IMG/VR virus record: IMGVR_UViG_2643221571_000003
Span: 50,261 to 70,260 of that record
Length of the DNA stretch: 20,000 nt
Direction: 5' to 3' (one strand)
DNA from: an uncultured virus (IMG/VR IMGVR_UViG_2643221571_000003)
Lineage: Duplodnaviria; Heunggongvirae; Uroviricota; Caudoviricetes
Part shown: positions 9,137 to 17,144 of the stretch, piece after piece
Layout of the letters: every line of letters begins with the position of its first letter
How positions within the stretch are numbered: the stretch's first letter is position 1
Translations under genes and position numbers: made by a program
The notes under the pieces: generated by a model
Databases searched by the model: none
The model's input: the letters and a program-made list of their open reading frames with translations, nothing else
Told to the model about the DNA's origin: nothing

Positions 9137-9562
9137 ATGACCACTACCGAAAAAGACCGAGACATCCTGGCGCGCACGCTGTGGGGCGAGGCCCGTGGCG
9201 AGGGACTTGAAGGTCAGATCGCCGTGGCCTGGACCATCCGCAACCGTGTGTTTGATGGTAAGTCCAAGTCGTGGTGGGGGGAAGGCTATGCCGGTGTGTG
9301 CTTGAAGCCCTGGCAGTTCAGCTGCTGGAACCAGAACGATCCCAACTACGCCTATCTGAGTGGCGACAAGCCGATCCCTGCCGGTCAGTTCGCTCAGGCT
9401 CAACGTGCAGCTGACCAGGTGATGTCGGGTGCGGTACCCGATCCAACTGGCGGCGCCACGCACTACTACGCAACCACCATGCCGAAGCCCCCGGCCTGGG
9501 CGGCAAAGGCCACACAGACGCTGCGCCTTGGTCAACACGTTTTTTTCAAGGAAGTGCCGTAA
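9137..9562 (+). CDS. Endolysin, cell wall hydrolase (SleB/Hydrolase_2 family)
   Basis: LARTLWGEARGEG..GQIAVA..I.NR, QFSCWN and DPTGGATHYY motifs. Confidence 0.9.
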   Translation: MTTTEKDRDILARTLWGEARGEGLEGQIAVAWTIRNRVFDGKSKSWWGEGYAGVCLKPWQFSCWNQNDPNYAYLSGDKPIPAGQFAQAQRAADQVMSGAVPDPTGGATHYYATTMPKPPAWAAKATQTLRLGQHVFFKEVP

Positions 9563-10068
9563 TGACGCCCGGGCAGATCCTTTGCGCGATCCTGCTGGCG
9601 CTGGCCATCGGGTTCGGCGGGGCGTGGCAGGTACAAGATTGGCGCATGGGCGAAAAGCTCGCCGAGCAGGGCGGGCAGTTCGAGAAGGAACTGGCCGCGA
9701 TAAGCAATGCGGCCGCCTCCCAGGTCCAGGCCGAGCAAGGCAAGCGCCTGGCCCTGGAGCAGCAGCTCGTCGGCCAGGACCAACAACACTCCAAGGAATT
9801 ATCCTATGCCCAACGCAACCAGGCTCGCCTACGTGACCAGCTTGCTACTGCTGATGTCCGGCTGTCAGTCCTCATCGAGGATTCAGCCAGTAGCTGCAAC
9901 GTGCCTACCACCACCGGCGCCGTCGGCGTGGTTCATGCGGCCCGTCGAGCCCAACTTGACCCAGCGCATGCTCAACGAATTATCGCCATAACTGATGAAG
10001 GTGATAACGGATTGATAGCGTTACGAGCATGCCAAGATTACGTCCGAGCTATCAACCACTCGCATTGA
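9562..10068 (+). CDS. i-spanin (Rz-like lysis protein)
   Basis: N-terminal TM helix, AWQVQDWR, coiled coil, C-terminal GD.GLIALRACQ.Y; follows the endolysin. Confidence 0.85.
   Translation: MTPGQILCAILLALAIGFGGAWQVQDWRMGEKLAEQGGQFEKELAAISNAAASQVQAEQGKRLALEQQLVGQDQQHSKELSYAQRNQARLRDQLATADVRLSVLIEDSASSCNVPTTTGAVGVVHAARRAQLDPAHAQRIIAITDEGDNGLIALRACQDYVRAINHSH
9806..9991 (+). CDS. o-spanin (Rz1-like lipoprotein) nested in Rz
   Basis: +1 frame inside Rz; RBS AAGGA (9793-9797); MPNATRLAYVTSLLLLMSGC lipobox; Pro-rich CLPPPAPSAWFM. Confidence 0.8.
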   Translation: MPNATRLAYVTSLLLLMSGCQSSSRIQPVAATCLPPPAPSAWFMRPVEPNLTQRMLNELSP

Positions 10069-10100
10069 AACTCAAAAATCCGAATGTGAGATAAGGCATA

Positions 10101-10610
10101 TCATTCGGATTCATTCAGCAGCGGGATCGTGAAAAAAACGCATCCGATCAACGTTGCAAATAAAGCTAACGTCTCTTCCAACTCCGGGTCTTCAAATAAT
10201 ATCGAGCGCGAATCTAGGGCGCATAGAGCACCATATAGCTGCCCATCAGGAAGGAAGATGGGAACACCTGCATAGCTTTCTATCGCATACCGTTTAACCA
10301 CCGCACGACTCGAGTATCTACCGTCTTCACTGATTTTAGGAATAAAAAGCGCCTTAGGATCTCTGCGGAGCTCGCTGCAAAGCGTGATTTCCAGCTCTAG
10401 TGTGTCACCTGCCTCTATCCCCATATGCATCGTGTCGTAAGCTGAGCAGACGATCCAGTCTGTTTCGGTGAACTTCGCGATCCCGGCAAATCGCATTCCA
10501 GTAAGGCGTGTTACAAGTTTTAAAATACTAGTGATAGCTTCCATCTCAGCCAACGCTGAACGCTCGTTTAAATTCAGCACAGAGTGCAAGCTGATTTCGG
10601 GCCTATTCAT
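10101..10610 (-). CDS. Stand-alone GAF domain protein
   Basis: LTGMRFAGIAKFTE..W, TLC, YAIESYAGVPIFLPDGQLYGALCALD: GAF signature; no kinase or output domain attached. Confidence 0.85.
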   Translation of the reverse strand: MNRPEISLHSVLNLNERSALAEMEAITSILKLVTRLTGMRFAGIAKFTETDWIVCSAYDTMHMGIEAGDTLELEITLCSELRRDPKALFIPKISEDGRYSSRAVVKRYAIESYAGVPIFLPDGQLYGALCALDSRSILFEDPELEETLALFATLIGCVFFTIPLLNESE

Positions 10611-10696
10611 ATTCCACCTGTGCTGTTTTTAATTGGGCGCGCCGCGTTGGCGTCTGAGATCCTACGATCAGCCGAAAATTGCGTTTGGCCGATTTA

Positions 10697-12322
10697 CTAC
10701 GTCCTGAATCGAAGAACCAAATCGTTTAGGTTAACGGCCAAGCGAGAAAGCTCGTTGCTCGCTGTAAGTGTCTGGCGGGTGCCTTCACTACTCTGCACTG
10801 CAAGGTCGCGGATGCTTATCAGACTACGATCAACATCCCGCGCGACGTGAGCTTGTTCCTCGGATGCGGTTGCAATTTGGATATTCCGATCGTTAATTTC
10901 GAGCACGGAATTAATAATTTGCCGCAGTGACTGGCCCGCTTGTTCTGCAGTATCTCGCGTGCTGTAGACCTCGGATGTGCTCTTTTGCATAGATTCAACC
11001 GCGGCAGAAGAACCGGCTTGAATCGTGGATATCATCTGTTCAATTTCTTGCGTCGATGTTTGTGTTCGGTGTGCCAGCGCACGAACTTCGTCTGCGACTA
11101 CTGCGAAACCGCGACCCTGTTCTCCTGCACGAGCCGCTTCTATCGCGGCGTTCAAAGCGAGTAGGTTGGTTTGCTCAGCAATCGCCCTGATCACGCTCAA
11201 AACTTTAGTAATGTCTTGAGCCTGGCCCGCGAGTTCTTTCACCTGATCTGATGATACCTCTACCAAGCCTGTCAGGCCGCGCATCGCTGTCAAGGTCTCA
11301 GTGACTTTTTGATTCCCGAGATCTGCAGATATGCTTGATTGCATCGCTGCTTCAGATGTGGAATTGGCGTTCCGTGCAACCTCTTCAACAGCCGCGCTCA
11401 TTTCAGTTACTGCGGTAGCAGCTTGCTCGATTTCGCTATTTTGCTGCTGAAGTGTGCGATCAGCGCTTTCAGTGATCGAAGTCATTTCGACGGCCGCGGT
11501 ACTTAGCTGGGTTGAAGCTCCCGAGATTTCTAAAATTGTGCGTCGCAAATTTTTCTGCATAAGATTCAGCGCATGCATCAATCGCGAAGCTTCATCTGAA
11601 CCTGTTATATCAAGATCATGGGTAAGGTCGCCAGCAGCGATATTTTCCGCCAATTTAAGTGATGAACTGATTGGACTTACGATGCTCCTAGTGAACAAGA
11701 TCGCCAGTGCTATGGTTAACACAAATGCAACAATCAGTACTGCTACCAGGACTTTTACACTATGGTTATATACGTCGGTCGCGTCTACTCCAGACACCAC
11801 GGCCTGGCGTGCATTTTGCTCTCGCAGTAGTGTCAGCTGCTCTTGATAAGCCGTAGCTCTTTGTGCCTGCTCTGTGTTGGCAAAATTCACAGCCTGATCA
11901 TGATCAGATGAATACAAAGCGATTACTTTTTTGAGGCCGTCGACGTAAGCACCCATAGCCTGATTCGCCTTCGCAAACTGGATTTCGTCCTGCTCTCCAG
12001 ACATCAAATGTGCACGATAGAAATCAGTTTTCACCTGAAGTGTCTGTATAGCTTCTTCGACCTTTGACAGCGAGAAATCATGCACCTCTGCCGTGGTGCT
12101 TGAGAGCATGCGGATACTTTCAAGGCGGGCGTGAAGGAGGGCGATCTGAATATCGTCAATGACCTGAATGCTTGGGAGGGAGTTTTGCTCAATGTCCTGT
12201 TCTGCAGCGCGCAGCCGATCAATTTGCAGATAAGAGAAGCCTGCCAAGCTGATCAGTAGGAGGGTGATTAAGCCAAAACAGACGAAAGCTCGTCGCGCGA
12301 TACTTAAGGATCTTAATTTCAT
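10697..12322 (-). CDS. Methyl-accepting chemotaxis protein (two TM, four-helix-bundle-type sensor, HAMP, MA domain)
   Basis: [36 protein letters not shown] signalling hairpin; HAMP IAAGDLT...GSDE; RBS GGAGG. Confidence 0.95.
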   Translation of the reverse strand: MKLRSLSIARRAFVCFGLITLLLISLAGFSYLQIDRLRAAEQDIEQNSLPSIQVIDDIQIALLHARLESIRMLSSTTAEVHDFSLSKVEEAIQTLQVKTDFYRAHLMSGEQDEIQFAKANQAMGAYVDGLKKVIALYSSDHDQAVNFANTEQAQRATAYQEQLTLLREQNARQAVVSGVDATDVYNHSVKVLVAVLIVAFVLTIALAILFTRSIVSPISSSLKLAENIAAGDLTHDLDITGSDEASRLMHALNLMQKNLRRTILEISGASTQLSTAAVEMTSITESADRTLQQQNSEIEQAATAVTEMSAAVEEVARNANSTSEAAMQSSISADLGNQKVTETLTAMRGLTGLVEVSSDQVKELAGQAQDITKVLSVIRAIAEQTNLLALNAAIEAARAGEQGRGFAVVADEVRALAHRTQTSTQEIEQMISTIQAGSSAAVESMQKSTSEVYSTRDTAEQAGQSLRQIINSVLEINDRNIQIATASEEQAHVARDVDRSLISIRDLAVQSSEGTRQTLTASNELSRLAVNLNDLVLRFRT

Positions 12323-12832
12323 TTAGGCCTCCGAGGGCCGGATTTAGTAGCGTGGCTTTTCCACGTCATTTCAAGGATCACGAACGAAGGCAGCATTTTC
12401 ATGCGGCACAGTGACTTCCAGCTGCAGCTTGCAGGCATATACCTAAAACGCGGTATGCAAAAAAATGTATTGGAATGATAGACGTGCTAAATAATTGCGC
12501 GCTAAATAATATTGTGTGCGCTCGCTACGTACGGCTCACCAGTTTTGGCTGCGGGACGTCCGGGACGTGCCATGCTATAGGCGAGCAGTACAAGCACAGC
12601 ACATAGCAGGACTCTCCAGACATGCTTTCGTATGGAGGTCATTTTCGGATATGGACAGAGCACTATGGACAAGCGGCTTGCAGGTCTTTCATTTCTGCTT
12701 ACCCTGGGATGGGTGGTTGCGGTCATAGGGGTGATGTTTTTTTTTGGCGCTTAACCCGTCTCACCTGATGACTGAACTTATTGAATGCCCTTTGCCTCTG
12801 AAATACTACATCCACTCATTTGGATAGGTATT

Positions 12833-13120
12833 ATGAGCCTTGGCGCGAGATTGAAGTCAGAGCGATTGAGGTTAGGGTTGTCACAATCTGCTGTTGGTAG
12901 CATCGGCGGAATTGAGGTAAATGCGCAGGGGCGCTACGAAAGCGGCATTCGTGTTCCTCGGGCAGATTATTTAGCTGCAGTCGCGAAAGCCGGCGTAGAC
13001 ATATTGTTTGTCATCACCGGGGAGCGTAGTCAAAACGGCAACGCAGATTCTGCAAAAGCTGTGGAGGCTCTCGATAGTGCGACGGAATGTCTTGAGAAAG
13101 CTAAGGAACTGATCCACTAA
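12833..13120 (+). CDS. XRE-family helix-turn-helix regulator
   Basis: LGARLKSERLRLGLSQ..G.IGG.....Q.RYESG.R.PRADYL...GVD..FVITG. ATG 12833 preferred over 12785. Confidence 0.88.
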   Translation: MSLGARLKSERLRLGLSQSAVGSIGGIEVNAQGRYESGIRVPRADYLAAVAKAGVDILFVITGERSQNGNADSAKAVEALDSATECLEKAKELIH

Positions 13121-13815
13121 ATTTTGTACCCGTTTCGGCTAGTAGACTGGATCAGCTCTGGTCCCTTGTTCCGTGCATTATCCACGGCCGTATCGACCTT
13201 GAACCACTCGAACACCTCGGACGGTTCACCCTGGTGAAGCACCATTTGCTCGGCTCGCTCCATGGGTGTGGCTGGATCCAACCATTCCCGGGCCAGGTCT
13301 GGCGTCAGCACCACGGGCCGCCGGTCGTGAATGTCCACCATGCCCCCGGCGCTGTCGGCTGTGATGATGACGAAGCCGTCATGCTCACCCGGGCCTTCGT
13401 CTGCATCAGGTAGCTGGCCGATGGCAGCACAGAATATCGGTGCACTATCCCGCCGGCGGATGAGGTAAGGCTGCTTCTTCGGTCCGCCTTCGTCGACCCA
13501 TTCAAACCAGTTATTGATCGGCGTTATTGCACGGTGAGGCCAGATCGCCCGGAAGAACGGGCCGTGGGCGACTTTCTCGACGCGGGCGTTGATCGGCGCA
13601 GCGTGATCCTTGGCCCAGTGCGGTCGCCATCCCCAGCGCACCGGGTCGGCGTGTAGAAGATCGCCCTGCAGGTGTAGCAGCGCAACCGCTGTTGTCGGTG
13701 CCACGTTATACCGTTCAATTGGTTGATCGCCCACAGAGTTCGCCAGAGCGTTGGGCATGCTCAGCGCCGCAACGAAGTCGTGGATACCGCTGTACTGTGA
13801 TAGTCGTCCGCACAT
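13117..13815 (-). CDS. SOS response-associated peptidase (SRAP/HMCES/YedK family), abasic-site protection
   Basis: N-terminal MCGR (catalytic Cys2), RYNVAPT, INARVE, WFEW, IHDRRPVVL; RBS GGAG before ATG 13815. Confidence 0.93.
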   Translation of the reverse strand: MCGRLSQYSGIHDFVAALSMPNALANSVGDQPIERYNVAPTTAVALLHLQGDLLHADPVRWGWRPHWAKDHAAPINARVEKVAHGPFFRAIWPHRAITPINNWFEWVDEGGPKKQPYLIRRRDSAPIFCAAIGQLPDADEGPGEHDGFVIITADSAGGMVDIHDRRPVVLTPDLAREWLDPATPMERAEQMVLHQGEPSEVFEWFKVDTAVDNARNKGPELIQSTSRNGYKI

Positions 13816-13898
13816 AAGCATCTCCGCTCGTCGGCGCTAATGAACAGCCGGTCCCCGGCCAATCTCTACACTGTAGACACTGGCTCGAGGCATTCGTC

Positions 13899-14108
13899 AT
13901 GGCGATCAACATTGAACAAGTCACCGCAATGGAGGCGTGGTTTGCGCTACGCAATGATCCCGCATTCATATCGGTCACTCCTGAGGAACGCTACGAAACG
14001 CGGCTGGCCCTGGCGGATGACTTGAAGCAGCAGGGCCTAATTGATGATAACGAGTGGCGGGAGCTTACCGAGGAAGCCGTAGCAGCCTACGCGGATGAGC
14101 TTGGGTGA
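13899..14108 (+). CDS. Small acidic hypothetical protein divergent from SRAP
   Basis: 69 aa, RBS GAGG, helical; ADDL...GLID..EWREL pattern. Confidence 0.7.
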   Translation: MAINIEQVTAMEAWFALRNDPAFISVTPEERYETRLALADDLKQQGLIDDNEWRELTEEAVAAYADELG

Positions 14109-14452
14109 AGTTCATGCAGTGCTTTTAGCTCTGCCAGCAGCCGCTGATTTTCCCTGAACAGATAGTCCCTCTGCTCGGTAACAATCTTCACGCTTTGCAC
14201 CGAGCCAAACGACTGCTGGTGTTCCAGCATACTTATCTTTTCCAGCGCATCGGCAAGCTTTCCTTCGGCCTCGGCCTTTCCTGTCATGAGCAGGTCATTC
14301 ATTTGCACCAGCCCGGCGATATTGGCTCGAGCTCTGCGCAGCATGCGCTCGGTCTCGACCAGTTCTTCTACGAGAAGTGAGCACTGGTGCTGGTACATCT
14401 CCAGTGGAGTGGGGCAGCCGAGCCAATCATCGGTGTCCATGTCAACGTTCAT
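14087..14452 (-). CDS. Hypothetical coiled-coil protein, probably LexA-regulated
   Basis: 121 aa; DWLGCPTPLEMYQHQC then heptad-rich helix; SOS box 17 nt upstream. Confidence 0.7.
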   Translation of the reverse strand: MNVDMDTDDWLGCPTPLEMYQHQCSLLVEELVETERMLRRARANIAGLVQMNDLLMTGKAEAEGKLADALEKISMLEHQQSFGSVQSVKIVTEQRDYLFRENQRLLAELKALHELHPSSSA

Positions 14453-14469
14453 AGCATGAATCTCAGATG

Positions 14470-14485
14470 CTGTATGTGCGTACAG
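14470..14485. promoter_or_regulatory. LexA (SOS) box
   Basis: CTGT-ATGTGCGT-ACAG matches CTGT-N8-ACAG. Confidence 0.85.
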
Positions 14486-14544
14486 TAATCTGGATTTGGT
14501 CAGGTGGAAGGTTTGAAGCGACGAACTGCAGGGTTACCCGACGA

Positions 14545-14754
14545 TCAGTCGGGCGACATGAGGACTGCTAGAGTCAGCTTGATGAACTCTTCGTTCTCGT
14601 CGATGGTGTGCAGCGCGCCGCGAATATTCTCGGCCACATCCGCGGAGCCACGCTGCTCCACCCAGTTCGATAACTCCATGATGGAAGCCTCGAGGGCCAG
14701 CTGGTTTTCGTAGAGCTTGGAGAGTAGGGAGGGGAGAAGGTCTGAGTTGGGCAT
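14545..14754 (-). CDS. Conserved 69-aa hypothetical protein (copy 1)
   Basis: MPNSDLLPSLL...; RBS GAGGA; paralog at 18841-19050 with 56/69 identical residues by my count. Confidence 0.8.
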   Translation of the reverse strand: MPNSDLLPSLLSKLYENQLALEASIMELSNWVEQRGSADVAENIRGALHTIDENEEFIKLTLAVLMSPD

Positions 14755-14811
14755 CGGAGTTCCTCTGGTGGAGTGCACAGCTTAGCAGTGGTCGCCTTGA
14801 GGGGGGATTTG

Positions 14812-14831
14812 CGGTCGGCAGGACGCCGGAG
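14812..14831. repeat. 20-bp motif CGGTCGGCAGGACGCCGGAG (copy 1)
   Basis: Identical to 19106-19125; internal dyad CGGC-AGGAC-GCCG. Confidence 0.9.
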
Positions 14832-14959
14832 AGGGGTGAAAAAGAGTTCCAAAACTAAAGCCGCACCCCTTGTAGAATGCGGTCTGTAGCCCGATCACTT
14901 TTCCTTAGTAATGGAACCCCGCAGGCCTTTAAAGCCCTTGCCTGCTTGGATTTGCATAG

Positions 14960-15022
14960 CGGTCTTGAAAACCGGCGAACGTTAATAGCGTTCCCAGGAT
15001 TCGAATCCCTGGTTTTCCGCCA
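14960..15022 (+). mobile_element. attR: 3' fragment of tRNA-Ser(TGA), prophage boundary
   Basis: Anticodon arm CGGT-CTTGAAA-ACCG, long variable arm GAACGTT-AAT-AGCGTTC, T arm CAGGATTCGAATCCCTG, ending GCCA. No 5' acceptor strand or D arm upstream. Confidence 0.88.
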
Positions 15023-15026
15023 AGAT

Positions 15027-15221
15027 TTACACGAAAGCCCCGCGAATGCGGGGCTTTTGCGTTTCTGGAGGTCGGTCTACCGGGAATCTCTCTCCCTTCC
15101 AAACGGTTGCCCCGACTTCAAGGTCGTCGTTCTCGGCCAGTAGCTCATCAAAACTGTCGCAATTGACCAGCTCTTCATTGACTGACCAGGTTTCGTCGGG
15201 GATTGTGTTTTCTTCAGGCAT
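15027..15221 (-). pseudogene. Possible truncated phage-like gene
   Basis: Acidic protein-like N-terminus (WSVNEE..NCDSFDELL) whose frame runs into the terminator hairpin. Confidence 0.35.
15034..15058 (+). terminator. Rho-independent terminator (original tRNA-Ser terminator)
   Basis: AAAGCCCCGC-GAAT-GCGGGGCTTT-T. Confidence 0.85.
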
Positions 15222-15303
15222 GACTTCGTCCTTGCCGCTATAGCGGCTATCAAATTCATCGAGCGCAGAGGTATCGTTGCCTCCTTAGAAATGGAGGTGA
15301 GAT

Positions 15304-15537
15304 GTGGTCGTACATGGAATTGAATACCGTTTTTGCCGTGCTTCAAGCGTCGTCATAGGTCATGACGGCTTGGCTTTAGAGTGCTGGGAAGGCCAGAGGG
15401 CTCAGATGTTCGAGATCTTCCGGAATGACGAAACGCTGCGTTTCGAGGTCACCCTATTTGAGCCAAGTGTTCCCCTTGAATTGCTTGAATATGCTGTTCA
15501 AATTGCGCGGGATAGCCTCGGGGATTTTTGCCCATAG
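15304..15537 (+). CDS. Small hypothetical protein
   Basis: GTG start after strong RBS GGAGGTG; 77 aa; DGLALECW..FEIFRND..VPLELLE. Confidence 0.65.
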   Translation: MVVHGIEYRFCRASSVVIGHDGLALECWEGQRAQMFEIFRNDETLRFEVTLFEPSVPLELLEYAVQIARDSLGDFCP

Positions 15538-15607
15538 CCCCCGACTTAGGGTCATAGCGGCTGACTCATGGTTAAATGGTGGGAATTCTTAATGGAGGGT
15601 GTGAGTT

Positions 15608-15748
15608 ATGGACAACACAATCAAACGACCAATGTTCATTGTGGGCGCGTCACTGCTAGCCGTAGGCCCTGCCACCTCGATCCCCGGTTTCTGGATCCCT
15701 GGTATTGTCTTCATGGGCATTGGGATCTCCCAGAAGCCAAAGAACTGA
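15608..15748 (+). CDS. 46-aa small membrane protein (absent from ORF track)
   Basis: MDNTIKRPMFIVGASLLAVGPATSIPGFWIPGIVFMGIGISQKPKN; purine-rich GGAGGG upstream; two short hydrophobic segments and basic termini. Confidence 0.55.
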   Translation: MDNTIKRPMFIVGASLLAVGPATSIPGFWIPGIVFMGIGISQKPKN

Positions 15749-15991
15749 TAGCGTTACACAAACCACCGGCAAGAGGGGTCCAGCCCGACTGCGCGGCAGC
15801 CATCAGCTATTGCGGGAGCGAACCGGCGGTACGCACTGTACGGGTGGAGGTGCGGCCTTGGGCAGCCGCCGGGCTCAAGACATCCGACAGCTTGGCAGTT
15901 AAGGTTCGGGCTGTGCTAGCAGAGCGGCGGCAGCGGATCGGGTAAGAGCGGCACGTGTGGGTTTCAGTTGATACCTCCTTGGTCAACCGTC

Positions 15992-16777
15992 CTAAGGCGA
16001 GACTGAAGCATTATTTGTTTTCTGCTTGATCGAGTTTAATATTACGTCAACAGTGTGTGCCTCAGTAGTTCTTCCGTCACTTTTTTCTATAATTGATTTT
16101 GAACGCTGAGTATCGCCATACAGTTTATAGATGGCAGCTAAGAAAGCTTCAGCTTCACCAAATGGTGTGGCTTCGTAAGATTTTTCCGCGAACGAAATAA
16201 TCATAGGTTTTACTTTTTGTGGGTCTTGGCGGCTCAGGAGGTCGGAGGCTTTAAGCCTATAAATGGCAGAGATTAAATTCTTGTCCGCAAAAACTTGGAA
16301 TTCTGATTGTTTTCCTTCGGAAAGCTCATGGTTTATCTTGACTAAGAGTTTGTCCATAATGCCTATTGCTTTTTCGTGCTCTCCTTTAAAGTAGAGGGTC
16401 GTGGCACCAAGAAAAGCATAAGGGTTACTGTTTTCTTTATAGCATTTTTGAAATAAGCTAGCGTATTTTGCTCCTTCTTCCTTATTGTCGCTTATTGAGG
16501 CCAGGCCTAGCATTGAGCTGTAGATAGAGCATAGTTTGCTAATATCGGTTATGGTTTTTTCTTCTCTTAGTAGTAGGGTTCTTGCCTCGTTGTACTTTCC
16601 CTGCTCTATGAGTTTTGGGGCGTCGTACATATCGAGGTTGTCATCAGTCAACGATGCGCTGGCGTTCGCATACATTAAACTGCTTATGAATAAGGCTGAA
16701 AGGCCTACTAAATATTTTATTGGTGCTGAGGTTGTTTTATTCATTAGCAGGCTACGATATAAGTTACTCATTATCAC
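15992..16777 (-). CDS. Exported TPR-like hypothetical protein (start may be ATG 16744)
   Basis: Signal peptide ending ANASA; TPR-like helices (QGKYNEARTLL, KGEHEKAIGIM, LAAIYKLYGD); AT-rich. Confidence 0.7.
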   Translation of the reverse strand: MIMSNLYRSLLMNKTTSAPIKYLVGLSALFISSLMYANASASLTDDNLDMYDAPKLIEQGKYNEARTLLLREEKTITDISKLCSIYSSMLGLASISDNKEEGAKYASLFQKCYKENSNPYAFLGATTLYFKGEHEKAIGIMDKLLVKINHELSEGKQSEFQVFADKNLISAIYRLKASDLLSRQDPQKVKPMIISFAEKSYEATPFGEAEAFLAAIYKLYGDTQRSKSIIEKSDGRTTEAHTVDVILNSIKQKTNNASVSP

Positions 16778-16930
16778 TTTTCCATTTCAATCGCAGTAGG
16801 GCTGTTTTTTTGGGAGGCGGCCGCGGCCCCTAATCATTTTCGCACTATCGCCATGACCAGTCGAAAACCCGAACTCGCCTGATTTTCGGGATTTTTATTC
16901 CCACCCCATCCGTCAATAAAAACCGGCGTG

Positions 16931-17044
16931 TCAGAAAGATATCACGTTGCCCACGGCCGTATTGACCTTGAACCACTCGAATACCTCGGTTGGCTCGCCC
17001 TGATGCAGCACCATGTCGCTACATTGTGAAAGCCTTGCGCACAT
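16931..17044 (-). pseudogene. SRAP remnant with in-frame internal deletion
   Basis: Translates MCARLSQCSD-MVLHQGEPTEVFEWFKVNTAVGNVISF*, matching residues 1-10 and 191-214 of the intact SRAP at 13117-13815. Confidence 0.9.
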
Positions 17045-17108
17045 AGGCACCGCTCCGTCTGTCGAAATCCCTACAGAAAAATTGACCGCAAGCCGGCTGC
17101 AAAGTTAA

Positions 17109-17124
17109 CTGTACATTCGTACAG
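17109..17124. promoter_or_regulatory. LexA (SOS) box of rulAB
   Basis: CTGT-ACATTCGT-ACAG; TTGACC (17082-17087) upstream as a possible -35. Confidence 0.9.
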
Positions 17125-17144
17125 TGTTTATAGAAGGCTGCATC

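Larger units (their letters stand above)
1..15022. mobile_element. Lambdoid prophage (right part) integrated at tRNA-Ser(TGA)
   Basis: Tail, lysis and cargo gene order ending in a duplicated tRNA 3' fragment. Confidence 0.88.

Noticed and set aside
9079..10068. Missing holin as a defect
   Set aside because: Holins are often separated from the endolysin/spanin genes in Pseudomonas prophages and may lie outside the window.
1..10068. F-type tailocin rather than prophage
   Set aside because: tRNA-derived att with arm-like repeats and moron cargo favour a prophage, although head genes and integrase are outside the window so this is not proven.
12323..12500. Sigma28 promoter for the MCP
   Set aside because: No GCCGAT-type -10 found on the minus strand in this interval.
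12502..12726. 74-aa minus-strand ORF with a hydrophobic stretch
   Set aside because: No clear RBS or family motif; could be a small membrane peptide but cannot be supported.
14935..15022. Complete tRNA-Ser gene
   Set aside because: No 5' acceptor strand or D arm; only the 3' ~63 nt are tRNA-like.
15568..15945. 125-aa plus-strand ORF
   Set aside because: Overlaps the better-supported 46-aa ORF and has an unnatural N-terminal half; its 3' part may be a gene relic but I cannot identify it.
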